Source of the DNA: Thermodesulfovibrionia bacterium
GTDB lineage: Bacteria; Nitrospirota; Thermodesulfovibrionia; UBA6902
Assembly (NCBI GenBank): GCA_963699585.1
Contig: CAVOUK010000011.1
Coordinates: 37,749-101,748, forward strand
Length of the DNA stretch: 64,000 nt
Direction: 5' to 3'
The position numbers and the translations under genes were made by a program. The notes beneath the pieces were generated by a model. That model made no database searches. It was not told the DNA's origin and saw nothing but the letters and a program-made list of their open reading frames with translations. Below, piece by piece: positions 20,766 through 28,354 of this stretch (the stretch's first letter is position 1; every line of letters begins with the position of its first letter).

Positions 20766-23000
20766 TTACCTTGGAGATTGGGACCTCCCGGCAAATAATG
20801 AAAATAATCTGTCAGTAAAAGTCTGGACATCTTTTTGCTGAAACTCTTCTTTTCTTGCGTACTGGTAATAAGTCCCATGATAAAAATCAGGGTTTGATTC
20901 AGGCTTAAAATCATTCAGTATGGTACCCAATACCTTTGCCCCGACATTTTCGAGTAAAAGTTTGGCCCTTTTTAATGCGTACCTTGAGATGACCCCGACC
21001 TTATATACTATAAATACGCCGTCTACCTTGTTTCCGAGTATTATCGGGTCAGCTACGGGCATGACAGGGGGGGCGTCAAGGATCACAAAATCATAGAGTT
21101 CCGATATCTCACTGATCAGGTTTGCGACGACCGGTGAATTAAGGAATTCAGCAGGATGCGCCGGAGGGGTCCCGCTTGTAATAATATTCAGGTTGTCCAT
21201 CCCGGGATTGGCCATTATATCGTCGACCTTTATTTCACCCATCATTATATCTGCTATGCTCCGCCCCACCTCCTTCCATGTATTATTGCCAAGGATCACA
21301 TCGCTTAGTCCGGGGTCTTTCTCTAATCCAAAATAATGATGAATGGCGGGGTTTCTGAAATCAGCATCCATAAGGAGGACCCTTTTGCCTATCTGTGCCA
21401 GAGTTAATGCAAGGTTGATGGCGGTGGTAGTCTTGCCTTCGTGCATGGAAGAGCTTGTTATCATAATGCTTTTTATGTTTTTTTCTGTAGCTACGAAAAT
21501 GGCGTTGGTCCTTAAAGACCGGTAACTCTCCGCAACTATCGATTTAGGCATTGAATGACTTACAAGTGCCCTGTATATTTCCATCCTGTAGTCGGTTGCA
21601 ATGCTGTATCGTTCTCTCAGATAATCATCCACTTTATCTACACGCATATTTGGTATGGACCCTATAACAGGAATGTCGAGGAATTCCTCAACGTCCTCCA
21701 GGTTGCCTATGGATGTATCAAGGGACTCAAATATAAATGCAAATACCAGACCCAGGATCATCCCTATTACCAGTCCCAGCAGGGTATTGAGAAAGAATTT
21801 CGGCGGATTATTCGGAAATTTAGGCTCTGTCGCCCTTTTTATTATGCTTACCTCTTCAATTTTTTCAGCTTCCTTGATCAGCGCCTCCTGGTATTTTGTT
21901 TTTAGCAATGAGAAAAGTTCCTGGTTTATCTTTACATCTCTTTCAATGCGGCTTAACTCCATTGCGGTAGATGGCAGCAAGGATGCGTTGTTCTTAAGTC
22001 TGTTCAGTTCGGTGGAGAGGATGTCCGCCTTTTTTACAAGAGAATTACGTTTGGATTCGAGCTGTGTTATTATCTCCGTTCGTAAATTGGCGATCTTTGC
22101 GTCCAGTTCCCTGACCTCAGGATGTGTTGGCGTAGAATTTATCAGCAGATTATTCCTTTCAAGAAGCAGTTCGCCGAGTTTCTGGTTTAAAGTCGTTATG
22201 GCCGACTGGTTTTCACCTGAATCAGAGAAGAATCTTATTGTCTGTTTGCCTGGTATCAATTCTCCTTTTTTAAGAAGCGCCAGATTGTATTCGGTCCCCT
22301 TGATATCCCGGTCCACGCTTTCGACATTGGCTTCAAGCTCAGAGAACTTTTCAATGGCGATCTTCTGCTCATCTGTTATTGAGATAACGTCTTTCTGTCT
22401 CTTGTATTCATTCAGGGCGTCCTCTGATCTCTTTAATTTTTCTTCAACGATCTTCAACTGGTCCTCTATAAATTTTTTTGCCTCAAATATCTGTTTGTTT
22501 CGCAGCAGGGTATTTTCCTTCATATATTTTTCTGAGACCAGATTTGCTATCTTATACGCTCTTTGGGGATCGTTTGAAGATACCGTAATATTTATTATAT
22601 TTGTTGTCCCCTCGATCTCGGTCTTGATCTCTCCCTGCATCTCAGAAAGTATATTTGAATACTTCTCATCAGCATATATCTGGTCAGACTCGATATCCTG
22701 GGGAATAAGTGCCATTTCCCTTGCAACCTTTTCAAGAACAGGAAAGCTCTTGATTATCAGGGCCTGTGTGGCGAGCAGATCTCCGCTTGGAACTGAAAGC
22801 ATCTCAACAAACAGTCCTGTCATGCTCATGGACCGTTCTACCCTGACGCTTGATGTAGTCTCATAAACAGGGACCGGTCTGCGGACCCATGTAACAGCGA
22901 AGGTGATCGCAGGGATGATTATGGCGGTAAGTAAAACAATACCGCGCCTTTTCCTTATTATCCGCCAGTAGTCCCATAAATTCAGCTCATATTTCTGCAT
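20766..23000 (-). CDS. Wzz/GumC-type chain-length determinant fused to BY-kinase (Wzc/EpsG-like)
   Basis: N-terminal TM plus long coiled coil plus second TM. Walker A SSSMHEGKTTTAINLAL, LLMDADFRNP, DFVILDAPP; Tyr-containing tail FYHGTYYQY. Confidence 0.85.
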   Translation of the reverse strand: MQKYELNLWDYWRIIRKRRGIVLLTAIIIPAITFAVTWVRRPVPVYETTSSVRVERSMSMTGLFVEMLSVPSGDLLATQALIIKSFPVLEKVAREMALIPQDIESDQIYADEKYSNILSEMQGEIKTEIEGTTNIINITVSSNDPQRAYKIANLVSEKYMKENTLLRNKQIFEAKKFIEDQLKIVEEKLKRSEDALNEYKRQKDVISITDEQKIAIEKFSELEANVESVDRDIKGTEYNLALLKKGELIPGKQTIRFFSDSGENQSAITTLNQKLGELLLERNNLLINSTPTHPEVRELDAKIANLRTEIITQLESKRNSLVKKADILSTELNRLKNNASLLPSTAMELSRIERDVKINQELFSLLKTKYQEALIKEAEKIEEVSIIKRATEPKFPNNPPKFFLNTLLGLVIGMILGLVFAFIFESLDTSIGNLEDVEEFLDIPVIGSIPNMRVDKVDDYLRERYSIATDYRMEIYRALVSHSMPKSIVAESYRSLRTNAIFVATEKNIKSIMITSSSMHEGKTTTAINLALTLAQIGKRVLLMDADFRNPAIHHYFGLEKDPGLSDVILGNNTWKEVGRSIADIMMGEIKVDDIMANPGMDNLNIITSGTPPAHPAEFLNSPVVANLISEISELYDFVILDAPPVMPVADPIILGNKVDGVFIVYKVGVISRYALKRAKLLLENVGAKVLGTILNDFKPESNPDFYHGTYYQYARKEEFQQKDVQTFTDRLFSLFAGRSQSPR

Positions 23001-23003
23001 GGA

Positions 23004-25673
23004 TCATTTTCCTGTAATAACATTGTCTATAACACTTGCGCCTACAAATGGCATTATCAGAAAATCAATGGTGGGCCGTATTTTTGCAAGGAACGCATTC
23101 CAGTTCGCTATCTTCGTTTTCGGAATATATATGATATCGTTATTCTCTAAATACAGATCTTTAGTTATATCTCCGCCTTCAAGTATGGCCTTTGTATCAG
23201 CAACAATGAACTGGGGATTATCAAGACTTCCCCTTATTATCCTTATTTCATCTGTCAGCGCCTCCTCCTTGTATCCACCCGCCTTTCCCAGTGCCTGTAA
23301 CAGCGTAAGCCTGGACGTCAATTTATAAATACCGGGATTGCGCGCCTCTCCAAGGACATAAACATTTCTTTCTTCGGTATCGGTCTTGTACGGGATGTAA
23401 ATGATGTCCCCCCGGTCAACAATAACATCCTTTGACATCTCGCCGCCGAACATGATCTCAAAAAGGTTTATTTCTTTTGCCGTGCCTTCCGGCTTTGCTA
23501 TGCGGACCCTTTCCAGTTCAGCGTCCTTTGCAAAACCACCGGCCGTTATTACCAGTTGTGAAAGGGTTGTTTTCCCTTTCAGGACATAGATACCGGGACC
23601 TGTGGACAGGCGTCCCAGTGATTGTACAGCGCCTAAAAGGGTTACGGTCCTGCCTAAATATTCTTTTATCAGTATCTCGACCCTCGGTTCTCTTATATAC
23701 TCCAGCAGCGCCCTGTTTAATTCCGCCTCAGCCTGTCTGACGGTCATGTCAGATACTTTAATAGTTACAAAGGCTACCATTATATATCCGTCCGGTTTTA
23801 CGGCAACCTCATATTTCTTTTCCTCGAAACCTCTCCATACCTTTATCTCCAGCACGTCATTAGGGGCAATGAGATACTCAGGTATCCCTGATTCCATAGT
23901 ATATGAAGAATTCTTTTCAATTGCGGTAGCATCTTCTGCAGGCCCGGCAGCGTAATTGGATGAAACAGGGAAAAAGGACATGCACAGCGCAAGGAGAAGA
24001 CATATATTTCTGAACCTGTGGACCGGCAGCATTAAAATGCCGGACAATATTTCCTTAAACCTGTAGAGATAAAATTTGAGCGGGGTCTTACCGCAGGAAT
24101 CAGGATGTCTTTTTGCAAGCACCCATGCAGGAGGGAAAAACGTCCTTAAAATAAATAAGATTTTTTTTGTGGGTCCATTTTTCATTCCAAGGTGGACCAG
24201 ATAACTCAAACCTGAAACTGCATGACCTTTTGCAGATATATTGTAAAACAGTCTCTCCCAGACAGTTCTTTTTTCCGGTTTTAAACTGTTCAGTACACGT
24301 TCAGGAATATTGACGCCAGTGGTCAGCAGGGTCAACTTCAGAATATTATGTATGAAATTATCAACACCGTAAGCCTTGCCTGTTCTCACAGTTTTATTCC
24401 AGTCCAGTGCATCTCCATATCTTTTTATAAGGGACGCTACATCAACCAGATAAATAAGTTTTGATGCAGAGTGTGTTACCCTCATCGCATGCTCTGAGAG
24501 GTGGATCATTGAATGGTGCGGCGACATAGACTTTAATGTAGTTCCGGCAATCTCAACAGATACAGCATCTTTCCATATGTCGTTCATGTCGATAGTTGAA
24601 GAGTAGGGCGCCGGTATGGAGGAGTTAACAATATGCCAGTGCACATGAAAAGATGGTTTCCCGGGCTTACTGCTTCTGTAGTCACGGGTCGTCAGGTAGT
24701 TGTCAGGAGTTTCTTTACTGTCAAAGGGAGACAGGTCTGCAGCTTTATAACCAAGGGTATTCAGAACGGTGTCTGCCTTTGCAATATCCTCTTTTCTTAT
24801 AAGTAGATCAACATCAGACATACTTCTGGTCCCGATATCCTGATATACAAGTTCGGCAAGCACCGCACCTTTCATTGCCATTACGTCTATATCTTTATCT
24901 CTGAGCGAGTTGACAACTCTTCCGAATTCCGAGTAAAGCATCGTATTTTTTGCGGCTGTATAAAGGTAATCATGTCTTAATTTATTAAAGAAGGCTTTTT
25001 CAGTCTCAGTTATGAATTCAATGATATTATTGTCATGCAGTTCTTTTAAAATGGTAAATAATTTCTGAGATATTCCATTTTTGCGGGCCATGTCAAGCAC
25101 CTTTTCAAGGTCCGCACAATCCTTAAGTACCATTGCCATATCGCTGTTCAGTTTTTCATCAGAGAACTCATGTTTTAAAAGGGCTGTAATGAACATCTCT
25201 TCATTCGACCTTGTTCCGGTACCGCATTCTGCGTCAAAACCCTTGTATTTCCTTCTCAGGTTATAAAGAAAAGAACTTAATGGAGACAACAAATATGAGA
25301 GCCTGTTGACCATGGAGAATATCCCTTTTTTAAAATTCAGGTCCATGCCGTATTTCCCTGTCGCATATACCCTGCCTATCAGGTCTGATTCTTTCAGGAG
25401 GCTGTCGGCAGATGAAAAGGTATCGCCTTTTGTCAGGAACATAAATTTGCCGTTGCTGCGTAATATACGGATGAGCCTGTGCGCCACCATGTTCCCTTGC
25501 GTTTTATAAACAAGGATGTCACCGGCAGACAGGTCTTCTGCCTTTACAGGTTCAACATATATTGAATCTCCGGTCCTGAGGAGAGGCGACATGCTGTCGC
25601 CTGTGACCGGGACCTTCATATTGATATTATTACTTAGTATGCTTTCTGCCACATCAGGGTAATGTATCTTCAT
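23004..25673 (-). CDS. 889-aa composite ORF: S24/S26 signal-peptidase-like domain + PF14907-like nucleotidyltransferase + Wza-like polysaccharide export domain
   Basis: The ORF has three parts:
- aa 20-100: VPVTGDSMSPLLRTGDSIYV..GDILVY..VAHRL..FLTKGD (archaeal-type signal peptidase pattern).
- aa about 150-545: ..VMAMKGAVLAELVY..SMSDVDLL.. (NTP_transf_5-like).
- Internal Met548 (ATG 24032-24030), followed by a signal-peptide-like RFRNICLLLALCMSFFPVSS, then YLIAPNDVLEIKVW.. and two SLBB-like repeats. Confidence 0.7.
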   Translation of the reverse strand: MKIHYPDVAESILSNNINMKVPVTGDSMSPLLRTGDSIYVEPVKAEDLSAGDILVYKTQGNMVAHRLIRILRSNGKFMFLTKGDTFSSADSLLKESDLIGRVYATGKYGMDLNFKKGIFSMVNRLSYLLSPLSSFLYNLRRKYKGFDAECGTGTRSNEEMFITALLKHEFSDEKLNSDMAMVLKDCADLEKVLDMARKNGISQKLFTILKELHDNNIIEFITETEKAFFNKLRHDYLYTAAKNTMLYSEFGRVVNSLRDKDIDVMAMKGAVLAELVYQDIGTRSMSDVDLLIRKEDIAKADTVLNTLGYKAADLSPFDSKETPDNYLTTRDYRSSKPGKPSFHVHWHIVNSSIPAPYSSTIDMNDIWKDAVSVEIAGTTLKSMSPHHSMIHLSEHAMRVTHSASKLIYLVDVASLIKRYGDALDWNKTVRTGKAYGVDNFIHNILKLTLLTTGVNIPERVLNSLKPEKRTVWERLFYNISAKGHAVSGLSYLVHLGMKNGPTKKILFILRTFFPPAWVLAKRHPDSCGKTPLKFYLYRFKEILSGILMLPVHRFRNICLLLALCMSFFPVSSNYAAGPAEDATAIEKNSSYTMESGIPEYLIAPNDVLEIKVWRGFEEKKYEVAVKPDGYIMVAFVTIKVSDMTVRQAEAELNRALLEYIREPRVEILIKEYLGRTVTLLGAVQSLGRLSTGPGIYVLKGKTTLSQLVITAGGFAKDAELERVRIAKPEGTAKEINLFEIMFGGEMSKDVIVDRGDIIYIPYKTDTEERNVYVLGEARNPGIYKLTSRLTLLQALGKAGGYKEEALTDEIRIIRGSLDNPQFIVADTKAILEGGDITKDLYLENNDIIYIPKTKIANWNAFLAKIRPTIDFLIMPFVGASVIDNVITGK

Positions 25674-25689
25674 ATGTTCCTCACAAGAA

Positions 25690-25884
25690 CTATAAACTCT
25701 CTTTCGGTCCCTCTGTTGAGGTAAATAGTTTATCTATGAATGAAATTGCGGACAGGAATGCATCTCCGGCAAAGACTGCTGCGGTTACAAATCCCATCTC
25801 AAGAAATTTCCTCCGCTCAAGCGTCGAAACCGGACCGGGATCTTCTTCCTTTAATTCATCAGGATTTAAATTAATGCGTTTCAC
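25690..25884 (-). CDS. 64-aa protein with twin-arginine-like motif and one hydrophobic helix
   Basis: GTG start 7 nt after GGAGG. MKRINLNPDELKEEDPGPVSTLERRKFLEMGFVTAAVFAGDAFLSAISF.. (RRxFL followed by an h-region). Confidence 0.4.
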   Translation of the reverse strand: MKRINLNPDELKEEDPGPVSTLERRKFLEMGFVTAAVFAGDAFLSAISFIDKLFTSTEGPKESL

Positions 25885-25900
25885 TTTCCATCCTCCATAT

Positions 25901-26881
25901 CTATACTTTCCTCACAAAATCCAGTATCTTTCTGTCCGGATAAAAACCCAAGCTGAACATCCCGGCCTTCTGCGATATCTGCATCAGGGTCTCAGTGGAA
26001 TTTTCCATTCTGTTTTTGTCCCAGAAAGTAAGGAATGCATTCCTTACAAGTTCGGATGCGGCTTTTATCCCGTTTATCTTCACTGCACTGTTATGTTTTG
26101 AATGACTGATAAAAAACACCTTTTTGACAGGCACGCTCGCATTTATCGCATAGTTTGCAGTGCCGTGCCATGGCGTGCCATGCGCGATCAGGCCTTCTTC
26201 CGATAACGATACGATGACTCTGTCATCGCTCAGTATCCTGATGCCTTTTTCTTCATTCCAGATATTTGCGATAGTGCTTTTACCGGCGCCTGAGTGACCC
26301 AGGAAGAGATACCCTGAACCGTTGTCGTCAATGCAGCTTGCGTGCAGAAGAACACCATTACTTTCTGCGAGCAGGTTTATGGTCAACAGTTCAAGGAAGG
26401 GATAAAGAAAATCATTCTCTCCAGATTTGTGGAAATACACTGTCCCGTTCCTGAAATCTTTGTCGAATTCTGCAAACAACCTCCTGTGGCCGCCATTCTT
26501 TAAAGAGGGAATGGCCAAAAGATTTTCTGAATTGTCTTTTGTGCTATTTGTTATTTTTCTGCTGACTGCTGTTTTCTGACCGCTGTATAATCCCCATGTC
26601 GTATCAGCCTCAAACAACCTGCTGTTTTTAATTTGCCTGTTGTTCCTTACAGTTTGTGATTTAGGATCTCTTATTTCCATTCTGCAGTCTGCAGACTTCG
26701 ATCCGGTGTCTGCAGTTGTCAAGAATGGTTCCAGGCATTTATCCATACCAATACCATTACCATTCTGAGAAGAAATGGAAAAGATAAGATTTCCTATTTT
26801 AATATTGTTATCAAGCATAAAATAATAGTTTAACTGCCCTGCTGTCGTGTCTTGCATTTCGTCCCCGAGCTTCTGCACCAT
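25901..26881 (-). CDS. HPr-kinase-related P-loop protein (HprK C-domain-like)
   Basis: GVLLHASCIDDNGSGYLFLGHSGAGKSTIANIW matches the HprK C-domain P-loop region. The start is uncertain: Met at 26881, 26857 or 26818. Confidence 0.7.
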   Translation of the reverse strand: MVQKLGDEMQDTTAGQLNYYFMLDNNIKIGNLIFSISSQNGNGIGMDKCLEPFLTTADTGSKSADCRMEIRDPKSQTVRNNRQIKNSRLFEADTTWGLYSGQKTAVSRKITNSTKDNSENLLAIPSLKNGGHRRLFAEFDKDFRNGTVYFHKSGENDFLYPFLELLTINLLAESNGVLLHASCIDDNGSGYLFLGHSGAGKSTIANIWNEEKGIRILSDDRVIVSLSEEGLIAHGTPWHGTANYAINASVPVKKVFFISHSKHNSAVKINGIKAASELVRNAFLTFWDKNRMENSTETLMQISQKAGMFSLGFYPDRKILDFVRKV

Positions 26882-28054
26882 GTTGACCTGCCGGGTCCGG
26901 ATCTATTGGTCTTGCATGCAGTAAGCACTGCGTCTTCAGATTTAAGTTCAATCCTTGAGATCGCAGGCTTTTTATATGGTTTTTTCCCTTGCATAAACGG
27001 GCTCCTCTCATTATGCGTTCTGCCCTTCTATGGGCTATTTCGCAATGATAACTTACCGGATGTTCTCCATCTTTATTGCCCTCAAGCATAGAAATGCCAG
27101 GGCAGCTATCGCAAAATATGATGTGCTCACATCCTGCACATTTAGTAACGCCCTTTAATTTTCTGGCCCTTATGGATTTGAACATCATGTAACCATCGAT
27201 GAACTTATTATTTCTCAGACAATAATCGGGCTCCGGTATTATATCGCATATCCTCAATCTTCCGGCGGACGTTATGTTGAAGCAGTTCCTTCCTGCCCCG
27301 CAGTTAAAAAGGAATTCCTTGCTTGCCGGCGCATTGAATTTAGCGTACAGCTCCGACCACTCTCTTAAACGGTCCTTGTCGGAGAAATCAAAATGTATGT
27401 TCTCTTTAGGACTCATCCTTACGTCGTAAGGTGACATAGAACCACTAATATTCGGCAGAATGGTAAGGCCGTATCTGAATTTAACACCAAGGGATTCTGC
27501 GAATTTCTTCATCTCAGGCAGTTCGTGTTCGTTTATGGTTGTGACCATGGTTTTCAGGGTCAGCGGAATTTTATGTTCCAAAAGCAGTTTTATTCCATTA
27601 ATGCATGAATCATATGAGCCTTTGACTCCTGTAAAAGATTCGTAAGTTTCACGGGTGGCGCCATATAAGGTGATCTCAACAGAAAAAGGCATGTGTTTAC
27701 TTTAAAAGCAGCGCCGTATCCTCATCTATCAATGTACCGTTTGTAAAAAGCGTAATTATCAGTCCTTTTTTTCTTGCATATGTATAAATATCACTAAAAT
27801 CCTCTCTTAAAAGAGGTTCTCCGCCTGTAAGTAGGAGGTAAAGACAGCCCGCGTCCGTGATCTCGTCAATGATGCGGCATATCTCTTTACTGGTCAATTC
27901 ATTTTTTACGGAATTGTCCCTTATGTAGCAATGCCTGCAGTTAAGGTTGCAGTGGTGAGGTAAGCGCTATAGCGCCATCAAGCGGTATATCGTTCTTCAA
28001 TGCTGTCTCGTGCAGTTTCAGGCTGAAGTCCGAATACTCAATATTTTTTATCAT
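26811..28054 (-). pseudogene. PqqE-like radical SAM/SPASM peptide maturase, broken by frameshifts near 27960 and 27695; 3' end doubtful
   Basis: The gene is in three pieces:
- MIKNIEYSDFSLKLHETALKNDIPLDGAIALT (ATG 28054-28052, ATGA overlap with the PqqD stop).
- ..HHCNLNCRHCYIRD..CLYLLLTGGEPLL.. (ORF 27697..27897 plus upstream extension).
- ORF 26811..27692 with SPASM CGAGRNCFNITSAGRLRIC..CAGCEHIIFCDSCPG. Confidence 0.75.
26830..26994 (-). CDS. Candidate RiPP precursor peptide (54 aa), below the ORF-track size cut-off
   Basis: AGGAG 7 nt upstream of ATG 26994-26992; TAA at 26832-26830. My translation: MQGKKPYKKPAISRIELKSEDAVLTACKTNRSGPGRSTWCRSSGTKCKTRQQGS. It lies between the rSAM/SPASM and HprK-like genes. 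Confidence 0.45.
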   Translation of the reverse strand: MQGKKPYKKPAISRIELKSEDAVLTACKTNRSGPGRSTWCRSSGTKCKTRQQGS

Positions 28055-28353
28055 TCGTACTCCTGGATAAATTTAATATCTTTCAGGTCGCTGATAAATT
28101 CAGCCGTGTCATTCATTACAACATCCATCTGGGCCTCGTATTCTCCGGCGATCATTTTACAGATCTCCATTACGTCTTTTTCTCCGTCTATGAACTCCCA
28201 TATCCTTGTGCCGACCTCGTTGAGATTATAGATGTTGGAAAGGTCTCCGACGTCATCTGCTACAGGGATCAGGAGAGCTTCATCTCCGATCTGTCTGAAT
28301 ACGACATTAGAACATTTACTGTAGACAGTGTTTGCGATTGTCTGTTCTTCCAT
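28051..28353 (-). CDS. PqqD-family protein (RiPP recognition element-like)
   Basis: ..VVFRQIGDEALLIP..IYNLNEVGTRIWEFIDGEKDVMEICKMIAGEYE..DTAEFISDL fits the PqqD pattern. I prefer ATG 28353 (GAGGAGG 7 nt upstream, directly after the HD-GYP stop); the ORF-track start is 28371. Confidence 0.75.
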   Translation of the reverse strand: MEEQTIANTVYSKCSNVVFRQIGDEALLIPVADDVGDLSNIYNLNEVGTRIWEFIDGEKDVMEICKMIAGEYEAQMDVVMNDTAEFISDLKDIKFIQEYE

Positions 28354-28354
28354 T

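Noticed and set aside
21655-22866. Long antisense ORFs opposite well-supported genes: 403 aa here opposite Wzc. Others are 8753..9514, 42588..43436, 31662..32345, 51204..51773, 54967..55656 and 57093..57782.
   Set aside because: All are Ser/Leu/Pro-rich low-complexity translations with no motifs. They lie entirely inside genes whose sense frames carry strong family signatures. Open antisense frames are expected opposite coiled-coil or Ala/Glu-rich coding sequence.
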